Assembly: GCA_963791815.1 (NCBI GenBank)
Contig: CAWBTT010000001.1
Location: 41,720 to 105,719 of the forward strand
DNA: 64,000 nucleotides
Reading direction: 5' to 3'
Source of the DNA: an uncultured Candidatus Micrarchaeota archaeon
GTDB lineage: Archaea; Micrarchaeota; Micrarchaeia; Anstonellales; Bilamarchaeaceae
Shown: piece by piece, positions 1-8,723 of the stretch
Layout: the number at the start of each line of letters is the position of its first letter
Numbering within the stretch: position 1 is the first letter of the stretch
Notes under the pieces: generated by a model
Database searches by the model: none
Seen by the model: only the letters and a program-made list of their open reading frames with translations
Told to the model about the DNA's origin: nothing
Position numbers and translations under genes: made by a program

Positions 1-67
1 TTGAGGTCAGCGCGACAGTGAGCGCCGGATACGAACTTAATTAATTTTTCCCTTTCTTTTATCTTTA

Positions 68-538
68 ATGGACTGGCGATCCCATTTTATCGCAGGAGTG
101 GTATTCGCAGTGATAGCCCTGCTTCTTTTTGGAGTCAAAGAAATCACAGTCCTTATCATGCTTGGGGCAATAGGAGGCTTCAGCGCATTGGTCCCTGACC
201 TTGACCATGATTCGAGCCAGGGAAGGAAAATGCTGGACGTTGCTTTCATAGGGTTCGCGTTCCTGACCGCTGTAACGACCGGGTGCGGAAGCGACATCTG
301 CCTCCCTGATTTTGATGGAATAGCTGAGATGGTGATTGTGTTCTTCGCAATCACGGGGATGTACTTCGTCTTCTTCACTTTCCTGAAGCCGACCCACAGG
401 GGAATAACCCACACCATGTTCGCGACGGTTGTTTTCGGCATGATCATGTTTCTGATTGCAGGAAGAGAGGTTGCGATTGCCGGGATATTTGGATACTTCT
501 CTCATATGATTGCAGACCAGCACATCAGGATAATCTGA
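68..538 (+). CDS. membrane-bound metal-dependent hydrolase-like protein (DUF457/YdjM-like)
   Basis: 156-aa ORF with several hydrophobic helices and His/Asp-rich loops (DLDHDS, THRGITHT, SHMIADQH) as in DUF457. The antisense ORFs at 37-523 look like mirror artefacts. Confidence 0.6.
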   Translation: MDWRSHFIAGVVFAVIALLLFGVKEITVLIMLGAIGGFSALVPDLDHDSSQGRKMLDVAFIGFAFLTAVTTGCGSDICLPDFDGIAEMVIVFFAITGMYFVFFTFLKPTHRGITHTMFATVVFGMIMFLIAGREVAIAGIFGYFSHMIADQHIRII

Positions 539-605
539 TTGTGGTAAGAGACAATAGATGGTGTTTTATAATGTTTTCAATATATCCATTATGGGAGGAG
601 ACAGT

Positions 606-1472
606 ATGCGCAGCAAGAAAATAGATAATAATAGAACTAAGAAAGGAATCGTCAGGAATATTGCTTTTGCAGGCGTCATGGCCGCTGGAATCATGCTCGG
701 ATGCTCAAGAACCGAACCAGCAATACCGCAGCAGGTACCTGTGGTTGCCATCCAAGAAAATGTATCAGCAACCAAAAATTCCACACCAGAAATTGAAGAG
801 GGAGAAAGATACTCATTCAATAGAACAAAGGAAGCCCCATTTGCATTCAAGGTAATAGAACTTAATGAAGAAACCGCAACTCTGGAATTTGATTTGGGCA
901 CAGTAACCCCTTCAGTTAACATTATCAGTCAGTCATTCAGGTTCAGCGGAGTGAAAGTTCAAAGGGACAAGGTGAATGACATAATGAAGAGAATGTGGAA
1001 TGAATCTGGCAATCCCCTGAGCAAAAGGGACCTGATGGTTGTGGATGTGGAAAACAACAATCCTGCGGATTCTGAAGGTACACCGGACAATGGTTTGGCA
1101 AGTCTCGACCAGACAAACGCCGAGCCAGTCAGAAGAGCTATCGAGGCGCTTGCGTATCTGGTGGATGGAACCAAGGCCACGAGCATCCGGATTCTCGAAA
1201 GCGACGCTGAGAGTTATCTTGTCGAAACTTCTTCAAGTCAGGCGAAACGCAGATTCCGCCTACAGAAAAAAATGGGTTTGAATGTTGAGTTTCTAAACGA
1301 AAAGGCAGGATACATGTCAATGGATTTCACTATAAAGCAACTGTCCACTGGTGCGGATGGAAAATTGGTCGCTGAATTAGGTCCAGACTGTGAAGGAAGA
1401 ATCAATATGGAGATCTTCATGTCTGAGAGCGCATCTGGAGGATTAGGGATATTGATCGAAGGATGCCGCTAG
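606..1472 (+). CDS. secreted/lipobox-type hypothetical protein
   Basis: Start moved to the in-frame ATG at 606, preceded by GGGAGGAG. Basic n-region, hydrophobic h-region and IMLGC lipobox-like motif. No recognisable catalytic motif. Confidence 0.55.
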   Translation: MRSKKIDNNRTKKGIVRNIAFAGVMAAGIMLGCSRTEPAIPQQVPVVAIQENVSATKNSTPEIEEGERYSFNRTKEAPFAFKVIELNEETATLEFDLGTVTPSVNIISQSFRFSGVKVQRDKVNDIMKRMWNESGNPLSKRDLMVVDVENNNPADSEGTPDNGLASLDQTNAEPVRRAIEALAYLVDGTKATSIRILESDAESYLVETSSSQAKRRFRLQKKMGLNVEFLNEKAGYMSMDFTIKQLSTGADGKLVAELGPDCEGRINMEIFMSESASGGLGILIEGCR

Positions 1473-1840
1473 AGGGAGGCTTCCTTCTTCTGCTCGCATC
1501 TCAAATCTATCGATTTCTCCATCCTTGACTCTATTATCCCATCATGGTTGAAGATGAAGAGTGTGACATCGCACCTATACATCTGAGGATTTGTGTACTT
1601 GTCAGCGTAGATTCTGACCGCTTTTTCCAGATATTCCTTTTTGCCAATGATTCCTACCCTAACCCTGCCCTTCCTAAGTTCGCTGTTTGGGCTGAGCGAG
1701 AGCTTTTCCGGGCATGATATGTCAGCTTCCACCCAGAATGGGGTTTTGGCCGAATTCTCTGCCCTTAGGATTACCTCGACATAATTCGATACGTAGCTGA
1801 AAAGAACGTCCGGATGATTTCTGAGTTTAAGCTTTATCAC
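1469..1840 (-). CDS. hypothetical protein
   Basis: 123-aa ORF with normal amino-acid composition. Its stop shares the palindrome CTAG (1469-1472) with the convergent gene. Confidence 0.45.
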   Translation of the reverse strand: MIKLKLRNHPDVLFSYVSNYVEVILRAENSAKTPFWVEADISCPEKLSLSPNSELRKGRVRVGIIGKKEYLEKAVRIYADKYTNPQMYRCDVTLFIFNHDGIIESRMEKSIDLRCEQKKEASL

Positions 1841-1901
1841 TGGTCTCGCCAGGAGTTACTTCGGCGATTATTATTATAATCTTTCGCTAGAGAATTCCAA
1901 T

Positions 1902-2354
1902 ATGATTCCAGAATCTCGTCTTATAAAATCAGAACTCACAATACGGGAACTGTCCCTTCCGGATGATGTTCTCCTTGCCAAGAAGTCGCTCATCAGATGG
2001 GTCGCATTATCATTGGGAATGATTCTTCCAAACGAGAGCAGGACCCTTATCCTTGACATCATGGATGTCATGTTCGAATACCATATCAAGGGCGATGCCC
2101 CTACAACCAAGGATATCCTTTCCACTATGGAGGATAAGGCAAAGGAAAAGCAGAACCCCAAGGCAGTCTACTACCATTTGCAAAGGCTCAAAGAGGCCGG
2201 GATAATAAACAGGAAAAAGGGCAGGTATTACCTTGGCGAGGGTGATGGAAAGAACCTTTCGCAGATTATGAAGGACATATACCTTAAGAGGGCAGACGAG
2301 GCATTCTCAAACATAGGAGTTGCCCTCACTAGGCTCGAGGCAAAATACAGGTGA
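1902..2354 (+). CDS. winged-helix (ArsR/TrmB-like) transcriptional regulator
   Basis: C-terminal segment AVYYHLQRLKEAGIINRKKGRYYL resembles a wHTH recognition helix plus wing. Its stop overlaps the GTG start of HMG-CoA reductase. Confidence 0.55.
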   Translation: MIPESRLIKSELTIRELSLPDDVLLAKKSLIRWVALSLGMILPNESRTLILDIMDVMFEYHIKGDAPTTKDILSTMEDKAKEKQNPKAVYYHLQRLKEAGIINRKKGRYYLGEGDGKNLSQIMKDIYLKRADEAFSNIGVALTRLEAKYR

Positions 2355-3604
2355 TTATTGTGAAGGAATTTTCAGGATTCTATAAACTTAGTGTGCAGGA
2401 AAGGCTGGAAAGGCTTAGGCAGTATGCAAAGCTCACTGACGAGGAAGTGAAACTGATTACTGACAGCGGCGCCCTGAAGTTGGAGCACGCTGACAAGATG
2501 GTGGAGAACGTATTCGGAGCAATCCACCTCCCAATGGGAATCGCGACCAGTTTCAGGATAAATGGAAAGGACCTGGTTGTCCCGATGGCCATTGAAGAGG
2601 CTTCTGTGATTGCCGCAGCATCAAGAGCGGCAAAGCAGGCATTGCCAGATGGTTTCAAGGCCGAGGCAGATGAGCCGGTCATGATAGGACAAATCCTGCT
2701 CGTCAACCTGGATGACTCTGAGCAGGCAATGAAGAACATTGAAATCAACAGGAAGGAAATCCTCCACGCTGGAAGCAATGCGATGAAGCATCTTGAGCAG
2801 TATGGATGCGGGGTCAAGGCATTCGAGGCAAAGCAAATCAGTACCGAAAGAGGAAACATGATAGTAATAAATTTCCACCTCAATGTCGGAGACGCTCAGG
2901 GGGCGAACATGGTAAACAGCACACTTGAGGCTGTTGCCCCGATGATTGAGACGGTCACTGAAGGGACCGCGAGAATTAGGATTGTCAGCAACCTGGCAAC
3001 TGAAAGAAAGGCCCATGCGAGCGCGGTTTGGAAAAAGGATGTTGTCGGAGAAAAAACAATAGAAGGCGTTCTTGACGCTTATGAATTTGCCAAGGCTGAC
3101 GTTTACCGCTGCTCGACACACAACAAGGGAATCATGAATGGTGTTGACGCTGTCGCGTTGGCAGTCGGCAATGACTGGAGGTCTGTTGAAGCTGGCGCGC
3201 ACACGTACGCGGCTCTTGGGCAGTACAAGCCATTAACTGACTATTACAAGAATGAAAACGGAGATTTGATAGGAACAATAGACATGCCGCTTGCCCTGGC
3301 AACTGTCGGGCCTGCTATGAACAGCAATCCCACAGCATCAATAGCGCTCAAGATACTCGGTGTCAAAGGGTCAAGGGAGCTTGCCGAAGTTATGGCCTGC
3401 GTTGGGCTTGCGAACAACTACGCTGCCCTCTCAGCCCTTGGAACTGTCGGAATACAGGAGGGCCATATGAAACTTCACGCAAGAACAATAGCTTCCCAGG
3501 TCGGGGCCGCTGGCGATGAGGTTGACAAGGTCGCTGATATTCTGGCAAAAGAGAAAAACTTTGACATGGAGTATGCGAAAGAGGTTCTCAAGAGGATAAA
3601 ATGA
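2351..3604 (+). CDS. hmgA: HMG-CoA reductase, class II type
   Basis: 417 aa, soluble. Motifs ENVFG, IEEASVIAAAS, GDAQGANMVN and GHMKLHAR match class II (Pseudomonas mevalonii-like) HMGR rather than the class I TTEGCLVA type. GTG start preceded by AGGTGAT. Confidence 0.9.
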   Translation: MIIVKEFSGFYKLSVQERLERLRQYAKLTDEEVKLITDSGALKLEHADKMVENVFGAIHLPMGIATSFRINGKDLVVPMAIEEASVIAAASRAAKQALPDGFKAEADEPVMIGQILLVNLDDSEQAMKNIEINRKEILHAGSNAMKHLEQYGCGVKAFEAKQISTERGNMIVINFHLNVGDAQGANMVNSTLEAVAPMIETVTEGTARIRIVSNLATERKAHASAVWKKDVVGEKTIEGVLDAYEFAKADVYRCSTHNKGIMNGVDAVALAVGNDWRSVEAGAHTYAALGQYKPLTDYYKNENGDLIGTIDMPLALATVGPAMNSNPTASIALKILGVKGSRELAEVMACVGLANNYAALSALGTVGIQEGHMKLHARTIASQVGAAGDEVDKVADILAKEKNFDMEYAKEVLKRIK

Positions 3605-4575
3605 TAGAATACTATTTTGGGTGCGGACTGATTGCTTTGTTGGTTACATTCATTCTTACGAAAACCCTCATCCCAAGGCTAAAAGCAGCCGGAATGACGG
3701 GAGGGGATGAGAACAAGTTGGATTCACCGCAAACGCCTGAGATGGGGGGAATCGCCATAGTGGCCGGGCTCAGCGCCGGGCTGCTGCTCGCGATATTCTT
3801 CCAGTCATTCCTCACATTGGATTTCAACCTGATTTTTGTGCTCGCGGCCCTGATTACCATAATATTCGCGGCCTTCATTGGTTTGACTGATGACCTTCTT
3901 GATTTGCCCCAGTGGCTGAAAGCGTCACTGCCGCTCTTTGCCGCCATTCCGCTGGTCGCTGTCAAGGCGGCAGGCAGCACGGTTTTAGGGATTCCGTTCC
4001 TAGGGACTGTTGATTTTGGGATACTCTACATTCTTGCATTGATTCCGCTTGGGGTCGCTGTCCCCATGAACCTGACCAATATGCTAGCAGGATTCAATGG
4101 CATGGAAAGCGGGATGGGGCTCATTATGTTCTCTGCAATGGCTTTGCTGGCGGTCAGCATGGGCTCGGTTGAGATGGCCCTGATAGCATTCTCAATGATT
4201 GGGGCGCTCTTGGCATTCTCATACTTCAATTTCTTCCCTGCCAGGGTATTCCCTGGAGATGTCGGTACTTTGACAATTGGGGCGGCGCTTGGAAGCATGG
4301 TCATTATAGGGAATCTTGAGAGCGCCGGTGCGATTCTTGTAATCCCATATGTCATTGACTTCTTCATCAAGGCAAAAAACAGATTTCCCCATACGAAACA
4401 GGAAATAAAGAACGGGAAACTTTACCCGAAAGACGGGAAGGTGAAAGGATTTGTCCACCTTGTGATGAAGCTCTCCAATGGAATAAGCGAAAGAAAGCTT
4501 GTCATGGTGTTTATCGCAATTGAGGCTGTTGTCGCGATTGTGGCCCTCCTCCTTTATTTCCGACCGTATATGTAA
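3601..4575 (+). CDS. polyprenyl-phosphate HexNAc-1-phosphate transferase (MraY/WecA/AglH family, GT4)
   Basis: 324 aa with about 10 TM helices. Conserved loops TDDLLDL, NLTNMLAGFNGMESG and PGDVGTLTIGAALG. ATGA overlap with hmgA. Confidence 0.8.
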   Translation: MIEYYFGCGLIALLVTFILTKTLIPRLKAAGMTGGDENKLDSPQTPEMGGIAIVAGLSAGLLLAIFFQSFLTLDFNLIFVLAALITIIFAAFIGLTDDLLDLPQWLKASLPLFAAIPLVAVKAAGSTVLGIPFLGTVDFGILYILALIPLGVAVPMNLTNMLAGFNGMESGMGLIMFSAMALLAVSMGSVEMALIAFSMIGALLAFSYFNFFPARVFPGDVGTLTIGAALGSMVIIGNLESAGAILVIPYVIDFFIKAKNRFPHTKQEIKNGKLYPKDGKVKGFVHLVMKLSNGISERKLVMVFIAIEAVVAIVALLLYFRPYM

Positions 4576-5264
4576 TCCCTGACGCAGGAGCATTTTTCAG
4601 CCTCGCTCAGGGGTACTGATTTCATCTGCACAGCAGAATCAGTCACGCTCAGGAGATATGCCTTGTCCCAGACGCTTCCCCGATTGCTCCTTGCAAGGAA
4701 GATGATGCCGATATCAAGGTCATGCCCAATGAATATTGGCCTTGTCAACCCACCATGCTGTTCTGAAAGCTTGTGCAGCGGGATGGTTTTCGTGAAGCGG
4801 AAGGAATCATCATAAGTGAAAACATCAATCCTTGCCGCGCTGGCAAGCCTTTTTTCAAATGTATATTCAAGCGGGTCGCGGTAAAGGGCAAGAAGCCGGA
4901 GTTTGCCTTCTGATTCGCCAAGCCGGACCGAATACCCATAAGGCAGTACATCATGGCATTTTGTAGGGACGCTTCCTGTGTACCTGCCATTCTCGAATAT
5001 GTGAACTTCGGTCTGGTAATCGGCTGCGATTGCCTGATACGTTGTTTTTCCAAGCGTATAGGCACTCTCTGCGACTCCGGTCATTTTTCTTTTTTCCATT
5101 CTGCGTTTTGCTGAATCAAAATGGGTTTTGCCTTTTATTAGGCCAAGCTGGTTGACAGTGTACATCTGAAGGTTGGAGCTTCGCAGTGGCTCAGTCTGAA
5201 TCAGATTGCAGCATGGCAATGAAAGCGATGCTGCGCACATTGCGCTTATGAGCAGTTTTCTCAT
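4554..5264 (-). CDS. secreted hypothetical protein
   Basis: 236 aa with an N-terminal signal-like MRKLLISAMCAASLSLPCC. No recognised domain. The 3' end overlaps the convergent gene by 22 nt. Confidence 0.5.
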   Translation of the reverse strand: MRKLLISAMCAASLSLPCCNLIQTEPLRSSNLQMYTVNQLGLIKGKTHFDSAKRRMEKRKMTGVAESAYTLGKTTYQAIAADYQTEVHIFENGRYTGSVPTKCHDVLPYGYSVRLGESEGKLRLLALYRDPLEYTFEKRLASAARIDVFTYDDSFRFTKTIPLHKLSEQHGGLTRPIFIGHDLDIGIIFLARSNRGSVWDKAYLLSVTDSAVQMKSVPLSEAEKCSCVRDYIYGRK

Positions 5265-5288
5265 AGATTAACATTAAATAAAACAGTT

Positions 5289-5996
5289 TTAATTCTTTAG
5301 GTTCTCCTTGAGCTTGGCTATTTCCTCTTCTGTGTTCATGCGCTCATACTCGCTCACATGGCCAAGGTCATACCAAAGGTCATCGAAGATATACGCGTTG
5401 ATTGTCTCCCCTTTCTCGAGCATCCTTGGGAAAACGTTCTTTGCAAAGTCTTCTTTTTCCTTAATGAAGTCGAATATTTCAGGCTCGAAAACATAGATTG
5501 CGATGTTGAAAAGCTGCTTCAGGGTCGGCTTTTCCCTGAACCCCGTAACATGCCCACCCTCAACATCAGCGACTCCGAATTGCAGTGGAATCTCGTGTTT
5601 TAGCAAAGCTATTGTGGCAACGGCGCCGCTTTTTTTGTGCTCTTCAACCATTTTCTGGATGTTGATGTTTGTTATGTGGTCTCCCATAGCGACTATGAAC
5701 GTGCCGTCCACTTTGTCCTTCAATGGGAGGATTGAGCCCGCGGTGTTGAGTCTTTCCGTTTCAATGGAATAATCGATTTTTGTCTCAAGCTTTGAGCCGT
5801 CCCCAAAGAAATCGACTATCTGCTCGTGGAGATAGCCGACTGTCAGGTAGTTTTCAGTAACCCCTCCTTTCTTGAGGTTCTCAATCACATATTGGAGTAT
5901 GGGCTTTCCGCCTACAGTGAGCATTGGTTTTGGCGCTTTGTAAGTGTATGGGCGAAGACGCGTTCCTTCGCCTCCACATAGAATAAATGCCTTCAT
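5289..5996 (-). CDS. sugar-1-phosphate nucleotidyltransferase (NDP-sugar pyrophosphorylase)
   Basis: N-terminal MKAFILCGGEGTRLRPYTYKAPKPML is the signature G-x-G-T-R-L loop of the glucose/mannose-1-P nucleotidyltransferase family. Confidence 0.85.
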   Translation of the reverse strand: MKAFILCGGEGTRLRPYTYKAPKPMLTVGGKPILQYVIENLKKGGVTENYLTVGYLHEQIVDFFGDGSKLETKIDYSIETERLNTAGSILPLKDKVDGTFIVAMGDHITNINIQKMVEEHKKSGAVATIALLKHEIPLQFGVADVEGGHVTGFREKPTLKQLFNIAIYVFEPEIFDFIKEKEDFAKNVFPRMLEKGETINAYIFDDLWYDLGHVSEYERMNTEEEIAKLKENLKN

Positions 5997-6018
5997 GGAA
6001 ATCAGAAATAGTTCTCTC

Positions 6019-6639
6019 CTAGACTATTAAATAGTATCCGATTAGAGCCCCTGTAAGTGAGCAGACAAAATTTGTCGTCCCTTTTGTTCCAAGGCCCTTT
6101 TCCTCTAAAACTCCGAACATGGTGTCAACAATTGAGCCTGCAAGGCCAGCAAAACCAACCAGCAGCGCCTGGGTCGGATCTAAACCGAAAAGGAATAATG
6201 CGGCGAATCCAATCGCGCCAGCTCCTGCAAATGAGCCTATTGTGCCAATCTTGCTCATTGCCCCGCTTGTTCCTGGCTTTGCCGCTTTCAAATCAAAAAG
6301 ATTGATTGGGTCTTCGGCATCCAGCACCCCGATTTCAGAGCCGAACTTGTCTGCCATTACTGCTGCCATTGACGCTATGAAAGGCATTGGACCGGTAATT
6401 GGGCTAAGAAGAGCAAGAATTGAAGGGAGCAGCCCGTTTGACAAAACATTTTCCCATCCGCGCTCATGCTCATAGAGTCCCATGTCGCGCTTGATTTCAT
6501 ATTCGTATTTGGTAACTGCAACTGCAAGGAAGAAAAAGACCAGCATAAGGAAAAGATATTCAGGGCCCCCGTAGAAGAAAAGAATTGCACCAAAAATCAG
6601 TGCAAGCAAAATCCCTTTCTTGTCGAGGACTCCTTTCAA
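6019..6639 (-). CDS. DUF92/TMEM19 (VTE6-like) integral membrane protein, putative CTP-dependent polyprenol(-phosphate) kinase
   Basis: 206 aa, polytopic. ERGWENVLSNG and ADKFGSEIGVL motifs resemble DUF92 (ADTxASEIG). Confidence 0.65.
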   Translation of the reverse strand: MKGVLDKKGILLALIFGAILFFYGGPEYLFLMLVFFFLAVAVTKYEYEIKRDMGLYEHERGWENVLSNGLLPSILALLSPITGPMPFIASMAAVMADKFGSEIGVLDAEDPINLFDLKAAKPGTSGAMSKIGTIGSFAGAGAIGFAALFLFGLDPTQALLVGFAGLAGSIVDTMFGVLEEKGLGTKGTTNFVCSLTGALIGYYLIV

Positions 6640-6651
6640 ATCGCCACCAGA

Positions 6652-7053
6652 CTATTTCTGGATTTTGATTTCGATTGATGAAACCTTGCTCATTGAGCCG
6701 TCCTCTGAGGTAAGCTCTTCAGTGGAAATGTGGATGTTTTCTACTTTGGCGTCTGGCATGAACCTGTGGCGCACAATCTCAACAACGTCAACCGCCCTTG
6801 AGATAAGTTTTCCCCTGGCTTTTACGGTCACATTGTCAGCACCATTGTTGAACTGGGTTACTACTGCAAGTACGTATCCCATGGTACCTTTCTTTCCTAC
6901 GAAGACAGTATTGTCATCTCTCATATTCGATGGCCTCCGCATTTCTCTTGGTGTTTCTACTGGCGGGGTCGGAGCCTCTGCTACCGGCTGGGATTCTTGT
7001 GTTGATTCCATCTTTGGTTGCTCTAATGTTTCTTCCATTGGTGTACACCTCAC
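6652..7053 (-). CDS. albA: Alba DNA/RNA-binding protein
   Basis: Core NTVFVGKKGTMGYVLAVVTQF...VTVKARGKLISRAVDVVEIVRHRF is a typical Alba fold sequence. The real start may be the ATG at 6924 (GGAGG 9 nt upstream), which would remove the 43-aa N-terminal extension of the maximal ORF. Confidence 0.85.
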   Translation of the reverse strand: MRCTPMEETLEQPKMESTQESQPVAEAPTPPVETPREMRRPSNMRDDNTVFVGKKGTMGYVLAVVTQFNNGADNVTVKARGKLISRAVDVVEIVRHRFMPDAKVENIHISTEELTSEDGSMSKVSSIEIKIQK

Positions 7054-7095
7054 TTCACTAGAAAAATAAACATCCCATCAAACAATATAAACCTT

Positions 7096-7712
7096 TCACT
7101 GTGTCCGATTGTAGGATTCGGCGAGCTTTCTTATCTCCCTGAGCTTGGCATTTGAAGATTCGATAACTGAGATTATCTCGACAAAGGATGCGCCCGCATA
7201 TGCTTTTTGGGAGTAGAGCCTCTTTAGATGGTCCCGGTAGCCGCTGTTATCTTATCCCGAATAAGCGGTCATTCTTCCGGATAAGCTTGCGGTTTTTGTG
7301 CCCCAAGGAAGGGGCATCGTGGCAATGCAGAGAGACGTTTTCTGAAAACTTTGAGTACACGTTTCTGATGTTTGAGATTGATTTTTGGGAAGGCGGTGTC
7401 TTGATTCCATTATCTGGCTTGATTCAATGGCAAGGCCCTTTGCCAAATCGCCAAGCTGCTCAGTCGCGTTTGACATGCGCACCAGGAGCACAACTCGTTT
7501 TACCATTTTCTTTGAAAGTTTCCTTTTTGAGAGCTCAAGAATCGCGGCCCCAATCACATCATCAAGATAGTCATTGAGAGCTTCAAGCTTCTCGACTTTG
7601 TGGAGGTTGTTGTCCTTTCCGGAAATCAAGAATCTCAAGCGAGTAGTCAAACATCTTCTTTGTAACTTCGAGTGAATAGCTCAGTTCCTTCCCTATTAGG
7701 GCGCATGCCTCT
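7096..7712 (-). pseudogene. fragmented PhoU-like C-terminal domain of the upstream Na/Pi cotransporter
   Basis: PhoU-like helices continue directly after the TGA at 7713, but in at least four different frames: DEEACALIGKELSYSLEVTKKMFDYSLEILDF / KVEKLEALNDYLDDVIGAAILELSKRKLS...TEQLGDLAKGLA / ISNIRNVYSKFSENVSL...RKNDRLF / YRDHLKRLYSQKAYAGASFVEIISVIESSNAKLREIRKLAES. Confidence 0.55.
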
Positions 7713-8699
7713 TCATCGGATTTCGGTAAGTACTGAACCAAGGTATTTCGGCCTGAAAAGGATTATCTCCTCCTCTTTTCCTGGAACGAAGTGATCTATG
7801 ACCTTTGAGAACGGCTTTAGGAGTATCAGGAAGATGGCAGCTGCTAGAAGGTTGAATGCCAGATGGGCATTGGCCATCTGCTGTGCGGGTTCTCCCCCAA
7901 ATGAGAGTATGAAGTCTGAAAACGGATAAAGGAACGGGATGAAGATGAGCACGCCTCCAAAATTGAAAAGGAAGTGCGCGAATGCTGCCCGTTTAGCATG
8001 CAAACCAAGTTTGAGAGCTGCCAGGAACGAAGTCAGTGTGGTTCCTATGTTTGCACCCATGACAAGCGGGATGCCCTGCTCAAGCGAGAGGAGGCCGCTC
8101 CCGACAAGAAGGACAACTATACCAGTCGTAACGGAGCTTGATTGCACAAATACTGTGAAGATCATTCCTGCCACAATCGCCACGAAAACGTTTGAGAGCT
8201 GGGCAAAGAGAGAGATTATCTCAGGGTCGGATTTGAGAGGCTCGATTGCGTGTGAAATCAAATCCAAGCTGAAGAAAACAAGGCCGAAATAGAATATCGG
8301 CTTTCCGAGGAATCTGTACTGCCTTCCGAAAAGTGAGAGCAGGAATCCCAAAAGGATGAAGAATGGGGCAATTGATGTGAGCTTGAATGCGACTAACTGA
8401 GCTGTCAGGGTCGTCCCTATGTTGGCGCCGATGATGACTCCGATACTCTGGGCGAATGTTATCATCCCGGCATCAACAAGCCCGACAGCGATAACCGTTG
8501 TTGCCGTGCTCGATTGTACAGTGGCAGTTACTAATGCGCCAAGGAAAGCGCCGCTGAACCGGTTGGCAGTTACTTTCCCAAGAATTGTTCGGAACCTTTC
8601 TCCCGCTATTTTCATTATTTCCCGGCTGAAATTCTCTATACCATAAAGGAAGAGTATCAGGCCAGGAATGATAGTGAATAGAAGTGAAAGGTCAATCAT
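7713..8699 (-). CDS. Na+/phosphate cotransporter family protein (transmembrane part)
   Basis: 328 aa with two Na_Pi_cotrans-like repeats (GALVTATVQSSTATTVI and FTVFVQSSSVTTGIVV; GANIGTT occurs twice). Ends at a premature-looking stop before the PhoU-like tail. Confidence 0.85.
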   Translation of the reverse strand: MIDLSLLFTIIPGLILFLYGIENFSREIMKIAGERFRTILGKVTANRFSGAFLGALVTATVQSSTATTVIAVGLVDAGMITFAQSIGVIIGANIGTTLTAQLVAFKLTSIAPFFILLGFLLSLFGRQYRFLGKPIFYFGLVFFSLDLISHAIEPLKSDPEIISLFAQLSNVFVAIVAGMIFTVFVQSSSVTTGIVVLLVGSGLLSLEQGIPLVMGANIGTTLTSFLAALKLGLHAKRAAFAHFLFNFGGVLIFIPFLYPFSDFILSFGGEPAQQMANAHLAFNLLAAAIFLILLKPFSKVIDHFVPGKEEEIILFRPKYLGSVLTEIR

Positions 8700-8723
8700 C
8701 AGAAGGAATTCGATAATTAGTTA

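Noticed and set aside
37-523. Two minus-strand ORFs (136 and 152 aa) at the window start
   Set aside because: Both overlap the DUF457-like plus-strand ORF, whose His/Asp loop motifs and TM pattern make it the credible gene.
6925-7053. Apparent 43-aa E/P/T/Q-rich N-terminal extension on Alba, which I first grouped with the ribosomal-protein tails
   Set aside because: In-frame ATGs at 6942 and 6924 exist. The one at 6924 gives a textbook Alba N-terminus (MRDDNTVFVGKKG) and has GGAGG 9 nt upstream. The extension may therefore be an ORF-calling artefact, unlike the uS11/uS13 tails, which lack alternative starts.
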